55,779 bases of DNA. It comes from a virus. Taxonomy: Duplodnaviria > Caudoviricetes. The position numbers were made by a program, and so were the translations under genes. Shown piece by piece: positions 8,758 through 18,406 of the stretch (the stretch's first letter is position 1; every line of letters starts with the position of its first letter). The stretch spans positions 1 to 55,779 of IMG/VR virus record IMGVR_UViG_3300017565_000006, one strand, 5' to 3'. The notes under the pieces were generated by a model, which saw only the letters and a list, made by a program, of their open reading frames with translations, did not search any database and had not been told where the DNA came from.

Positions 8758-9384
8758 TTACTTCTTCTGTGCCGCTTCAAATGCTCGGCGCAGATGCTCT
8801 TGCGTCACATACCGCGAATCCAGTTCGGGCGGCACAAGGGCGGCGCTGCTCGATTGCTTTTCCAGGCTCGCGCGAATCGAGGCGGCGACCTGAGCGCAAT
8901 CGACTTTTCGCTTTAGGCGTTTCAGCTGGCGCCTTACCACGTCTTTGCGCAATTCGCAAGCGGTCTCGTAATCCCCCATGCGCTCGTAATCGGTCGCGAC
9001 CACGACAGACCAGCACCGCTCCGTGGTCCAGGCCACGCCTAGCGCCGTTGCGTTGTGCGTGTTGCTGTGGCCCGCTGAGACGGCCGCGCCGCATGCCGGG
9101 GGAATGACGGCCGGAAGGTACAAAAGCCCAACCTGCGCGGCGGTATTGAGGCTGACGGCCTGATTTGAGCGGGCGTCGGCGGCGCCGCCCGTCGCATCGC
9201 CTCCGGTAGCGCTCGAATTGGACGCAGAACGGGCGCTCGCGTCCGCTGCGGCCTCGGCGGCTTGTGCCTGCTGTTGCCCCTGGAGCTGTACGGAGCGCTC
9301 TACGTACGTTGCTGGCGGGTCGGACGGGGCACCCGCGAATGCCGCGACCGATAGTAAGCTGCTCGCCAGAATTAGAATTCTCAT
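8758..9384 (-). CDS. secreted hypothetical protein
   Basis: Sec signal MRILILASSLLSVAAFA, Q/A/S-rich low-complexity linker, Cys-containing C-terminal domain. Confidence 0.7.
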   Translation of the reverse strand: MRILILASSLLSVAAFAGAPSDPPATYVERSVQLQGQQQAQAAEAAADASARSASNSSATGGDATGGAADARSNQAVSLNTAAQVGLLYLPAVIPPACGAAVSAGHSNTHNATALGVAWTTERCWSVVVATDYERMGDYETACELRKDVVRRQLKRLKRKVDCAQVAASIRASLEKQSSSAALVPPELDSRYVTQEHLRRAFEAAQKK

Positions 9385-9572
9385 AGTTCCCAACCTCGGA
9401 TAATTGCGTATGAATTTTTGAGCACATCACGCGCATACGCCGAAGCGTGAGCGCGTTTCCGATACCACATGACGAAGCCGAGTGCGGCCCCCTCGTTAAT
9501 GATTCGCGCAACGCCCCAAGAAAATTCCTTGGAAGCTGTAAAGCTGTACTCGTTGCCGTTCTGATCTTTCAT
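9381..9572 (-). CDS. hypothetical protein
   Basis: 63 aa; stop overlaps the next ATG. Confidence 0.55.
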   Translation of the reverse strand: MKDQNGNEYSFTASKEFSWGVARIINEGAALGFVMWYRKRAHASAYARDVLKNSYAIIRGWEL

Positions 9573-9586
9573 GATATCTCGAAGGT

Positions 9587-9651
9587 GGGCCCGGCCGGGG
9601 CGTCAGCGACGCTGCCCGGCAGGTCATTTCCTCCCGTGTAGGGGCGGGCCC
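9587..9651. ncRNA. putative structured intergenic RNA element (three-way junction)
   Basis: GGGCCCG/CGGGCCC closing stem with a long internal hairpin 9594-9620 and a short hairpin 9633-9643. Confidence 0.35.
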
Positions 9652-9658
9652 GTGAGAG

Positions 9659-10555
9659 TTAGAAGCCTGCCGGCGCAGCGTCTTCGCCGCGGGGCCCTTC
9701 GTACTTGACCGTTACTTCGCCGGCCACGATCTGCTGATGAAACGCCTTCGCAGCCTTGTACACCTCGGCGCCATCCAGAACGTTGCGCAGATCATCCTCA
9801 ACCTTGAAGCGCACGCCATACCATGACCCCTCGTCATTCGACTCGGGAACCGTGGTGGCGCGTACGACATTCGCGAACGTCGGCGGCATGAATTTTTTGC
9901 CTTCGCTAGTGGTGAAGCGAACATCGGCCAGCGCTGCAATCAGTTGCTTCGACTGTTTGATCTGAGTGGAGCTAAGCGAGCACAGCGCCTGAGTCCAATT
10001 GCCGGTGCCGTCGTCAACAAGAATGAAGTGATTCCGCGTATCAGAAAGACGGTCGCTACGCTCTTCGTCAACCGTGCCATCGGGCAAAGTGACGTAAAGG
10101 CGATTGCCGATCGGCTGAGCTTCGCGGCGATCAATCATCTGTTTGACGGTTTCCACGGACAATTCGCCCTTGAACCCTTCGCCGCTCGCCTCCGAACCCC
10201 AACGGATGAACACGCGACGGAATGCTGCCTGCACGAACCGAACGCCGGTCTTCCCATCGAAAAACTTCTGGCTCACGTTGTTCCAGAACATGCCGGCTTT
10301 GGCGCCGTCGACCAACGCGGCCTTGGGGTGGGTCTCGTCGACCTGCGGCGAGCCCTTCTGAATCACCGACAGGAACGGAATCGCAAAAGAATCAGCGTCC
10401 GCGTTTTCCAAGCCAATGCCGGCATCGGCTGCGAAGTCGCCGAAATCGGCGGCAGCGGCAAGCGCTGTGGTCTGACGATGCGCCAGCGCGGTGTTCTCGC
10501 TCGTCGGCTCGCCGGCTGCGGTGGTTTCTTTGGTTGTGGTCTTTGCCTTAGCCAT
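9659..10555 (-). CDS. putative ssDNA-binding/annealing protein
   Basis: FAIPFLSVIQKGSPQV...GAKAG...LSSTQIKQSKQ...ESNDEGSWYG pattern; acidic tail ending in F; in the replication module. Confidence 0.55.
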   Translation of the reverse strand: MAKAKTTTKETTAAGEPTSENTALAHRQTTALAAAADFGDFAADAGIGLENADADSFAIPFLSVIQKGSPQVDETHPKAALVDGAKAGMFWNNVSQKFFDGKTGVRFVQAAFRRVFIRWGSEASGEGFKGELSVETVKQMIDRREAQPIGNRLYVTLPDGTVDEERSDRLSDTRNHFILVDDGTGNWTQALCSLSSTQIKQSKQLIAALADVRFTTSEGKKFMPPTFANVVRATTVPESNDEGSWYGVRFKVEDDLRNVLDGAEVYKAAKAFHQQIVAGEVTVKYEGPRGEDAAPAGF

Positions 10556-10607
10556 TTCTAACAATCCTCAATTGACACAAGTTATATCGGTATCGTACCG
10601 ATGGACG

Positions 10608-11210
10608 TTAACCCTTACGTGCCCGCTTTTTCGGCGGCGGCACGTATACAGCTTTATTGAACGGATGCACGCTAAAAAGCTCGTCCGGGAATTTGTTGCC
10701 CGGCTTTGCGCGCTGCTCCTTGACAAATGCTTTAAGCGTTTGCGCATGTACGCCCTGTTTCAGCTCTACCAGCCTATCAGGGATCAGCTTTTGAGCTTTT
10801 TCTATGAACTCGTTCGCTTTCTCATGCTCGTCACGATCAAACTCGGTGACTACAGCGGTTTTGATGATTCCGCCATTGCCGGTTGTCTCCAGCCATTTGA
10901 ACGCAAGGGGCTTATTGGCTTCAGTGATCGCGCAGTGAAGGTCAGGACGCAGCTCCATTGATCCGCCATCTAGCAATTTAAATGCGAGCATGCGCGATGC
11001 AAGCATCATCGTAGGCAAATCCTCGGTCTGAGTCTTCTGCAGCTTTGCAGCCGCTTCTTTCAACTCCGCTGTAAGCCGCGCTACTTCTGCCTCTTCTGAG
11101 CGCATGCGCTCGGCCGTATCAATCATCTCGGCCAAGCTCACGGCAGACACTTCGGCAGGGGCTGCGTCCTGCGCAATCTCGTCAATAAAGTTTTCTGTAA
11201 TCTCGTTCAT
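10608..11210 (-). CDS. conserved phage replication-module protein
   Basis: Coiled coil then LPTMM...AFKWLETTGNGGIIKT...VHAQTLKAFVKE, a pattern typical of genes next to SSB/helicase in siphoviruses. Confidence 0.7.
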   Translation of the reverse strand: MNEITENFIDEIAQDAAPAEVSAVSLAEMIDTAERMRSEEAEVARLTAELKEAAAKLQKTQTEDLPTMMLASRMLAFKLLDGGSMELRPDLHCAITEANKPLAFKWLETTGNGGIIKTAVVTEFDRDEHEKANEFIEKAQKLIPDRLVELKQGVHAQTLKAFVKEQRAKPGNKFPDELFSVHPFNKAVYVPPPKKRARKG

Positions 11211-11557
11211 GGCCGCGCCTCAACCAGCATGTATGACGAGGTTTGACGATCCCAACGCAGAATTCGCATGATGCCGCCGGACTTTCGGGCCGCGATGATG
11301 CACGCCGCTGCGATGATGGACGGGTCGCCGACCGCAATCATGTAATCGCCGTCGTTAAATTCATTGTCCATACGTTCACGCAGCGCCGCCATCAACGGCG
11401 CAATGCTCATCCGCGACGCCTCGGGCGGCAAAAGCTCGATAAGCTCGCCATGTTCGCGCGCGGGCGCCATGTTGATGGTAGGCACCCACAGACCACTTCC
11501 ACGGTCAAACCGCGATGGAATCTGCGGGGCGAAGCATTTTCTCGTATGCATTTGCAT
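11207..11557 (-). CDS. hypothetical protein
   Basis: GDYMIAVGDPSIIAAAC...ILRWDRQ; coupled to neighbouring genes. Confidence 0.65.
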   Translation of the reverse strand: MQMHTRKCFAPQIPSRFDRGSGLWVPTINMAPAREHGELIELLPPEASRMSIAPLMAALRERMDNEFNDGDYMIAVGDPSIIAAACIIAARKSGGIMRILRWDRQTSSYMLVEARP

Positions 11558-13109
11558 AAGCACTCTGGTCCTTATCAGAAATCAAAGAATCAAAAATAAA
11601 CTTGTCGAGAAGGTCATCGCCGGTCACATCGACTCGATCACCCAACACCAATCCGGCATTCTGGCCCTTGCGCTGGAGCGCGGCGGCGATGGGTTCGTCG
11701 ATAGTTTCCTCGGCGACCAGATCGATATAGAACACCGTTTTGGTCTGGCCGATTCGGTGCGGCCGGTCCTCAGACTGGGCGCGCTCGCGGTAGCGGAAAG
11801 TGTTGGAAAAGTAAATGACGTTTTGCGCGCGAGTAAGCGTGATGCCGGCGCCGCCGGCCGCTGCATTGGCGACAAAGACCTGAAACGCGCCAGACTGGAA
11901 ACCGTCAATCGCTTTTTCGCGCTCTGCCGCTTTGATGTCGCCGTGGTATTCACAATAAGTCAGATTTGCCTTTTTCAATTCTCGCGTTATCGCTTCGATT
12001 TCTTCTCGAAATCGAGCCCAGATGATCGTTGAACCCTGCAGCGTTGTCAATAGCTCCATCAGCGCAGTCAATCGCGCATTTTCGCCCAGGTATTGCAGCG
12101 TCGCGGGCATGCCGACCCGCTGACTTGGCACGATGACGTAACCGCTCGTGATCTGCTGTAGCTTCGTGTAGACCGACAGGCGATGCACGGCGGTTTGCTC
12201 GCCCTCTTGCAGCTCGATTCGGGCCTGTGTGGCCATGAGGTCATACACTTTTCGCTGTGCCGGTTCCAACGTAAAGTAGTGGTTTTTGTAGACCTTCGGC
12301 GGCAGATCTAGGCAGTCCTCCTTGCGAACTCGGAATGCTTTTTTGAGCACCATGTCACGCAGCTTGTCAAGGTTGCGCCACATTTTGCAGCCGTTGTAAT
12401 CCGTCTTCACGATCTGCGCGTGAACCATACGCGGATTTTTCTTGATCAGTCCTTGCATCTGGCGACTGTTCATGTCCTCCAGATGCGCGAATTCAGCAAC
12501 GAATGCGCGATAGCTGTTTGTCCCTAGGCAACCTTCCTCCAGGAACTGCATCTGTTGAAAGATATCGACCGGGACATCCATCGGCGTGCCCGTGGCAATG
12601 CGCGCGTACGCGGCCAGCTTGCGCAGCTCCATTACAGCTTTGGTCGTTTTGCTGGTTGGATTTTTGATGCGCTCGCTTTCATCCAAAATAAAAACGGCGC
12701 GTGTTAGCTGCAGAAACTTCTGAGCGAATGCAAATCCGTCTTTGGTGAGTAGCGCTTCAAAGTTCATGGTGAGAATACGAAGCGGCGCAGGCATCCCATA
12801 ACCGCGCGCAGCGAAAATCTGTTCAACCTTGCGCATGTTCTTTACTGTCTTACTGCCTGATGGCCATGCTCGCGCTATGTGCGCGACCTCAAGGTGCGTC
12901 GGAATCTCGCGGCGTACCCAATTGGTATGCACGCCTTTGAGGGTCAAAACAAACATGGCGTCGATCAGGCCGGCGTTATACATTTCCTCCGCATCGGCCA
13001 GCAGGCACCATGTCTTACCAGTGCCTTGCTCCATGAATAGCGCATAGCCTTTTTCGCCTCGCATCTTTTTACGCGCGGTGCGTTGTTGGCTCATCGGTTC
13101 AGTTTTCAT
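11505..13109 (-). CDS. SNF2-family (SF2) helicase
   Basis: MEQGTGKT, ILDESERIKN, ATGTP, GGAGITLT, QSEDRPHRIGQ motifs. Confidence 0.93.
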   Translation of the reverse strand: MKTEPMSQQRTARKKMRGEKGYALFMEQGTGKTWCLLADAEEMYNAGLIDAMFVLTLKGVHTNWVRREIPTHLEVAHIARAWPSGSKTVKNMRKVEQIFAARGYGMPAPLRILTMNFEALLTKDGFAFAQKFLQLTRAVFILDESERIKNPTSKTTKAVMELRKLAAYARIATGTPMDVPVDIFQQMQFLEEGCLGTNSYRAFVAEFAHLEDMNSRQMQGLIKKNPRMVHAQIVKTDYNGCKMWRNLDKLRDMVLKKAFRVRKEDCLDLPPKVYKNHYFTLEPAQRKVYDLMATQARIELQEGEQTAVHRLSVYTKLQQITSGYVIVPSQRVGMPATLQYLGENARLTALMELLTTLQGSTIIWARFREEIEAITRELKKANLTYCEYHGDIKAAEREKAIDGFQSGAFQVFVANAAAGGAGITLTRAQNVIYFSNTFRYRERAQSEDRPHRIGQTKTVFYIDLVAEETIDEPIAAALQRKGQNAGLVLGDRVDVTGDDLLDKFIFDSLISDKDQSAYANAYEKMLRPADSIAV

Positions 13110-13515
13110 CAAATTCCCTCAGATACTTAGAAATCGAAGACCAGCCATGACACAAGCTGTACTCTTGAAAGCCGTAAAATGTAAATTCATTGATTTGGTC
13201 GTGCGTGCGACCGTGAAAAAGAAAAGTGTCTAAATTAACACCGACAAGAATAAAGCTTGTTCCACCGCGCTGGTTGTAGTCCAGATGCCAGTTCTTTTGA
13301 TCCTGATTTAAGCCTTCATTGCCAAGGACGCGCGTAGTGATGCGCGTTGGCCATTTCTCAACCTGTTTTAACTCGACCGGATGCAAGCGGCCCGTGCGAT
13401 CCGAGAGCAGGAAAACGTCAGGCGTCCCCACGCCGGCAATGTTTTCTATGCGTTCCATTCGCATGGATATATTCCGCCTCATGCGATCCCACAGCCTTTG
13501 CTCTTTCTTTCTCAT
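13099..13515 (-). CDS. VRR-NUC / Holliday-junction resolvase-like PD-(D/E)xK nuclease
   Basis: RIEN...GTPDV...VELK...QKNWH motif; adjacent to the SNF2 helicase. Confidence 0.8.
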   Translation of the reverse strand: MRKKEQRLWDRMRRNISMRMERIENIAGVGTPDVFLLSDRTGRLHPVELKQVEKWPTRITTRVLGNEGLNQDQKNWHLDYNQRGGTSFILVGVNLDTFLFHGRTHDQINEFTFYGFQEYSLCHGWSSISKYLREFDEN

Positions 13516-16307
13516 AACGCCTCTGGGTTATTCAAACATTTTACGCGAATGACTTTCACCATATTGAAATTGGGGATTCGCTCGCCGCGAATCATGAGAA
13601 CGTCATCGGTCTGCAGATTGCTGAAAGCCTTTCGGCCAAAAAGGTCAAACGCATCACGATCAATTCGGCACAGCAGCGGCCCGCCGGTGTCATCCACAAC
13701 GGTCAAATCTACAAAGATCGATTGACCGCGCACCATGCGCCCGCGCTTCTGCACTCGAAAGGCGTCGTTTAGGTCGCCCAGCTTCTTTTTCACAAGCTTG
13801 GCAATCAGCAACACACTGCCGCTATCGGGCAATTGCTCAATAAAGCAAACCTCCGAACCGGGGCGGCAACCGTGCAACTCCGGATTGCGAATGATATCGC
13901 CATAAGCCGCTTGAATCGGGCGCAATTGCGCATAACGAATTTCTGCTTTATTGATTCGCTCAAGCATCTTTGGCGGAATCTTCCCTGCGTCGCGAGCCTC
14001 TACCGCTGCAGCTGACTTTGCAGGACCGAAGCCCACGAGATTTTGAAAGCCTCCGACTAGCTTACCGTCCGTCGACACCGACCAATGCAGTTGCGAGCGC
14101 TCCAGATCGAACGCGGTGTATTCAACGCCTTCGGCGGCCAGCTCACGAAGGATTGAGTATGTCTGATCCTCGTCTTTCGCAGATCTCAAGCACGCGGCGG
14201 CGTACTCAAGATGATGGTAGCGCTTCATCCAGGCACACCAATAACTGATAACGGCATAAGCGCAAGTGTGCGATTTATTCATGCCGTATACGCCGAACGA
14301 TTGCAGGTCTTCAAACATCTGGCGCGCTACCTTGCGGTCGATGTCATGAGCTGCGGCGCCTTCAATGAATTTATCGATAACCTTGGAGAAAAACTCGGCG
14401 CCCTTGCGCAGTGAGATAGCTTTGCGAATTGCTGACGTTTCTTCCCAACTGAAATTCCCTATCTCTCGAACGATGCGCATGACCTGCTCTTGATACAGAA
14501 CAAGCCCCAAGGTATCGCCTAGAATTGGTTTCAATGCTGGATGTGCGTATGACGGTCTTTCGCGCCCGTTCTTGCGCTCGATGTATCGTTGATCAGCGCC
14601 AGCGCCTAACGGACCTGGGCGCGCAAGCGCGGTAAGGTGATCCAACATCCCGAAGTCTTTAACGTCGACGGCTTTGGTAATTGTGCGTTGGGTGCTGCCT
14701 TCAAATTGGAAGATGCCGCTGAACTTGCCTTCATTAAAGATACGGAATACTTCAGAGTCGTCCAATTTGAGCGCATAAAGTTCCTCTCCTGTCACTACTC
14801 CAGAATCTTCAATGATGCCTAGGGTTCGCAAGCCCAGCGCATCAATCTTAAGCAGATTCAAATATTCCGCGTCTGGCTTGTCAATTTGCGCGATGCCTTC
14901 GCCGGTGACGGTGCAATACTCTGTCACCGGATCATTACAAACGAGCACGCCGGCAGCGTGGACGCCCGTGTGCCATGTATGGTTCTCGACGCGCGGCAGG
15001 ATGCCAGCGGCCACCGGATAAGAGTCAGTGAACGCGCGCCCAGGCTCTGAGTTCTCTAACGCATCTTTGATCACGTTGCCGAAAAGACTGTCACCCGATC
15101 CGACGAACGTATCGCCCACAACGTTGGCGATTGAATGTTTCGCGTGGTCGGGGATCTGGAATCGCTTGCAGACTTCGGCCAGCGCTGACTTTGGCTTGAG
15201 CGTATTGATATTTCCAAGGCGCGCAACGTTTTGCTTATTGTATTTATCGGCGAGATATTCAAAAACCTGCTCACGCTTCGTATCGCTGAAATCGATGTCA
15301 ATGTCAGGCAAGTCGGCGCGAGTCACGTCAATAAAGCGCTCGAACAAAAGCCCGTGCGGGATCGGATCAACCTCCGTGATTCCGATGCAATAGCACAGCA
15401 ACGAACCGGCCGACGATCCGCGGCCAGGACCAACGAGCATGCGCTGTTTTGCCCAATTGATCAGGTCAGCCACCACAATGAAATAACTACTGAAGTTCTT
15501 TTGCTCGATCAACTGCAGTTCGCGCTCTAAGCGCTCTTCGTATTGAACCGTCCATGACTTCAGATGACCAAGGCGCAAACGACGGTCGCGGCCCGCGTAG
15601 GCCAGTGTCTGCAAATCGCCTTCGACGGAAATCAGCGGCGCCTTACGCAGCGAGGTGGCGCAATGCTTGGCCACCTCGCAAGTGTTGCGGATCGCTTCCG
15701 CGTACTGGTCATCGCTCAGGATTTTGAATTGAGCGCGGAACTCCTCCGGCGCGAGGATGTGCTGTGGCGTCGTCTTCTCACGGCCGCAGATGCCCATGTA
15801 TGCATCGTAATCACTCGGCGCCGCGTAGGCGTTGTCGCCGGTCAGCACGATAGGCTTTCCGGTTCGCGCGGCCAGCTTCAGGCGTTGCCGCTGCTCGAAC
15901 GGGCTCGCGGGCTGCAGGTCAACGTAATCGAACGTTTCCGGGTCCGTGAGGGCCGCGCCAGCGAATCGAATCAAAACGCCTTCGCATTCCGCCGCCAAAG
16001 CTTCCACGTCGGCGCCAGGGCGCCGCGCGGCGCTGCTGAATCGGTAGAACGTCGGCAGGTCGTTCGCCAGAAACCACGCGAGCGGCTTTCGGCCGTCCGG
16101 TTTCTCTACGGCCAGCTCTGTACCGAAGTACGGTTGCATGCCCGCTTTTTCCATCGCCTTCGCGAACCGGACGTGGCCCCACGTGCCGCCGTCGACGATG
16201 CCGGCGCCGGGGGCGCCGATCTGCTTCAGGCGTTCAACAACTCGATTGACGGGCGCGAATGTTTCGCGGAAGGAAAATTCAGTGCGTATTCTCAGTTGTG
16301 GAAGCAT
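13512..16307 (-). CDS. dnaE: DNA polymerase III alpha subunit (family C)
   Basis: GPGRGSSAGSL, LLFERF, PDIDIDF, HAAGV, LLKIDALGL, GIFQFE, LYQEQVM, YGMNKSH motifs; C-terminal OB fold; degenerate PHP domain. Confidence 0.95.
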   Translation of the reverse strand: MLPQLRIRTEFSFRETFAPVNRVVERLKQIGAPGAGIVDGGTWGHVRFAKAMEKAGMQPYFGTELAVEKPDGRKPLAWFLANDLPTFYRFSSAARRPGADVEALAAECEGVLIRFAGAALTDPETFDYVDLQPASPFEQRQRLKLAARTGKPIVLTGDNAYAAPSDYDAYMGICGREKTTPQHILAPEEFRAQFKILSDDQYAEAIRNTCEVAKHCATSLRKAPLISVEGDLQTLAYAGRDRRLRLGHLKSWTVQYEERLERELQLIEQKNFSSYFIVVADLINWAKQRMLVGPGRGSSAGSLLCYCIGITEVDPIPHGLLFERFIDVTRADLPDIDIDFSDTKREQVFEYLADKYNKQNVARLGNINTLKPKSALAEVCKRFQIPDHAKHSIANVVGDTFVGSGDSLFGNVIKDALENSEPGRAFTDSYPVAAGILPRVENHTWHTGVHAAGVLVCNDPVTEYCTVTGEGIAQIDKPDAEYLNLLKIDALGLRTLGIIEDSGVVTGEELYALKLDDSEVFRIFNEGKFSGIFQFEGSTQRTITKAVDVKDFGMLDHLTALARPGPLGAGADQRYIERKNGRERPSYAHPALKPILGDTLGLVLYQEQVMRIVREIGNFSWEETSAIRKAISLRKGAEFFSKVIDKFIEGAAAHDIDRKVARQMFEDLQSFGVYGMNKSHTCAYAVISYWCAWMKRYHHLEYAAACLRSAKDEDQTYSILRELAAEGVEYTAFDLERSQLHWSVSTDGKLVGGFQNLVGFGPAKSAAAVEARDAGKIPPKMLERINKAEIRYAQLRPIQAAYGDIIRNPELHGCRPGSEVCFIEQLPDSGSVLLIAKLVKKKLGDLNDAFRVQKRGRMVRGQSIFVDLTVVDDTGGPLLCRIDRDAFDLFGRKAFSNLQTDDVLMIRGERIPNFNMVKVIRVKCLNNPEAL

Positions 16308-16521
16308 TCCAACACTCACAGTAGGCAAGGTAACGGAGGCAGACCGAGCAATTCTTTGGATCTGATGAGACTAGCTGCGCGTACTTTGATGGCGGCAGAT
16401 TGATTATTAATTCAAGAGGAAATAGCCACAGCGGCCAGTGTATGAAACGATCAGGCCGTCGCGTGTTCTTCAGCCACGCCCCATGCGACTCGATCCAACG
16501 GTAACGGGGTTTATGTTTCAT
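16279..16521 (-). CDS. small KPRYRW / Cys-cluster protein (paralogue B)
   Basis: MKHKPRYRW... and C-terminal CSVC-x5-YCEC. Confidence 0.55.
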   Translation of the reverse strand: MKHKPRYRWIESHGAWLKNTRRPDRFIHWPLWLFPLELIINLPPSKYAQLVSSDPKNCSVCLRYLAYCECWNASTTENTH

Positions 16522-16813
16522 CGCAGATACAGTACATGTCATAGTCTTCGCACTTTTCGCAGAAGCCTGCTTTTGCTTTATACCTTGGTGAAGACTGGTA
16601 AGGTATATAGGGGAAGCTAGACGGGCGAATCTTTATAGGTCTAGGGTCGGCAGGGAACAAAACCGCCGGAAACTTTCGGTGCTGCATTTTACTGAACAAG
16701 CCAACCCAACTGTATCTATCCTCTACCCACCGGTAACGATGCTTTTTACTGAACAAGCCAACCCAACTGTATCTAGCTTGTACCCACCGGTAACGCGGCT
16801 TATCTTTCTTCAT
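16511..16813 (-). CDS. small KPRYRW / Cys-cluster protein (paralogue A) with internal repeat
   Basis: RYRWVxxRYSWVGLFSK occurs twice; C-terminal CEKC-x5-YCIC. Confidence 0.6.
   Translation of the reverse strand: MKKDKPRYRWVQARYSWVGLFSKKHRYRWVEDRYSWVGLFSKMQHRKFPAVLFPADPRPIKIRPSSFPYIPYQSSPRYKAKAGFCEKCEDYDMYCICDET
16687..16795. repeat. 57-bp-period tandem duplication
   Basis: TTTTACTGAACAAGCCAACCCAACTGTATCTA-N5-TACCCACCGGTAACG at 16687-16738 and 16744-16795. Confidence 0.9.
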
Positions 16814-17049
16814 TGCACGCCACTCGTAAACAAGTCATGAAAAAAGATCACGACATAGATAAAGATGCTTGCGCAAAAGATCATCAGCGGAATAGCGCAG
16901 TAAGCAATGATGATTGTGCCAAGGTTGAAGAAAAGTCTTACTTCTTCGTGGATCAACACATAGATTGAAGCTAGCAAGCTAACGCTAACGCCGCTAACGA
17001 TGGATGCTCCAAGTATGTAATCGAGAAGAACAATCATGGCATCAATCAA
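16810..17049 (-). CDS. small two-TM membrane protein
   Basis: Almost entirely hydrophobic, 79 aa; overlaps neighbouring genes. Confidence 0.6.
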   Translation of the reverse strand: MIDAMIVLLDYILGASIVSGVSVSLLASIYVLIHEEVRLFFNLGTIIIAYCAIPLMIFCASIFIYVVIFFHDLFTSGVQ

Positions 17050-17486
17050 GATTCGTCAAAACCTTCCCACACTTCATCTCTGACAACGCGCGCATGCTCC
17101 ATGCTGCGGCCCAGTTCACCGTTTTCCCAAGGCTCAGACTGCGCCGCGAGATTAGCTAACATTTTGTCGTCAATCGATTCGAGTTCGTCAAAAACAATGA
17201 ATTTCGCATGGCCCGGCCGATCCCATGTCCGCGACCACAGCCCAACGCGGCCTTCGGCCTGACTACGTGAACGGTCGCGCGTGAACTCCGAGCGCTTAAA
17301 CCGATGCCACCCGAAGCAATAAAAAGCAATCAAGCGATCGCGCTCTGCGATGTCCCAATGATTAGTTAACAATTTCAGATTGAACTGAGCAAAAACATGT
17401 CGACGACTGCGAGGGTCACGACACAAGAGTGCCTTGCGTCCGCGCAGCTCAGGTCGCGTACCAATATATTTAGCGTATTTCATCAT
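17046..17486 (-). CDS. hypothetical protein
   Basis: Coupled ORF in the - strand operon. Confidence 0.55.
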   Translation of the reverse strand: MMKYAKYIGTRPELRGRKALLCRDPRSRRHVFAQFNLKLLTNHWDIAERDRLIAFYCFGWHRFKRSEFTRDRSRSQAEGRVGLWSRTWDRPGHAKFIVFDELESIDDKMLANLAAQSEPWENGELGRSMEHARVVRDEVWEGFDES

Positions 17487-17746
17487 GCCCACTCCTCGGT
17501 GGCTTCATAGATAGCGCGCTTCGACGTAGGACAACCGAGACCAACGCCAGGGCGCGATGAAACGCGCTCAACCCACCACCAATTAGACATATAGGAAACA
17601 TGCAAAGCGAAATGCGGTTTAGGCGCGGGCTGCGGCTGACCAAGGCGCAAGGAATATTTCTCCCTTAGCGCTTTATCCACTCGCGTCAAAATCTCGCTAC
17701 GCCGCGCCTCGTTGCTGCGCTTTCCACTCGATGACTGATAACTCAT
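17483..17746 (-). CDS. hypothetical protein
   Basis: Coupled ORF in the - strand operon. Confidence 0.5.
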   Translation of the reverse strand: MSYQSSSGKRSNEARRSEILTRVDKALREKYSLRLGQPQPAPKPHFALHVSYMSNWWWVERVSSRPGVGLGCPTSKRAIYEATEEWA

Positions 17747-17969
17747 ATTCTCGCCTTTCTCGTGCTTTACAATATCCAGCTCTGTGCGGCTGCCACTCTA
17801 CCACACTACAATAGCAGTTTGACTTTCTGCTTTCTCGCTTCGACGTGCGATAACGATCAAGCGTCATTCGATTTTTGCAGCAATAGCAGCGCGGCGGGAG
17901 TTTCTCCTTTGTGGATTTTCTCCAGCCGCGCCGCTTGCATGCCCGACGCCAGCATCGCCACCGATACAC
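17697..17969 (-). CDS. basic Cys-rich hypothetical protein
   Basis: CWRRAC, CYCC, CYC...H...C putative Zn ligands. Confidence 0.5.
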   Translation of the reverse strand: MYRWRCWRRACKRRGWRKSTKEKLPPRCYCCKNRMTLDRYRTSKRESRKSNCYCSVVEWQPHRAGYCKARERREYELSVIEWKAQQRGAA

Positions 17970-18123
17970 TAGACCGCCTCAATTGCCTTTTTGCTTTGGC
18001 GCATCCGCCCGCAAATCGAGCAATATTCAACGTTTGGCTCTAGTGGCTCGAATTCGCAGCGATGCTCGTCAAACGGCTGGCACGCCTCTATTGCGTCTAG
18101 CTTTTCAGTGTATCGGCTCATGA

Positions 18124-18378
18124 CTAGACGCCAATCGCCGCCAGCGCTTCCGCTGCTTTAATCACTTTGTAAGGCGTGCCGCTGATCTTGATCGCGGCCC
18201 GTTGACTCTCTTCGGCGATGATCAGCGTATCGCTTTCCAAGTCTTCAGGCGCGGCCAGCGCGCGCTGAATCGACATCACTCGTTTGCATTTGTAGAACCG
18301 GCGCAGCTCCTCGGAGTGCTCGATTGCGCCGCTGTTCTCTGGTCCGAAAACGATCACGATATTGCTATGTAGTTGCAT
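18124..18378 (-). CDS. hypothetical protein
   Basis: GGAG RBS; IVIVFGPENSG resembles a degenerate P-loop. Confidence 0.55.
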   Translation of the reverse strand: MQLHSNIVIVFGPENSGAIEHSEELRRFYKCKRVMSIQRALAAPEDLESDTLIIAEESQRAAIKISGTPYKVIKAAEALAAIGV

Positions 18379-18406
18379 TCTGCTTTCTCCGTTAGTAGAT
18401 CGACAC

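Noticed and set aside
16687-16795. CRISPR-like or DGR template/variable repeat pair
   Set aside because: Only two adjacent in-frame copies, no spacers, no cas or reverse transcriptase gene, and the differences are not adenine-specific
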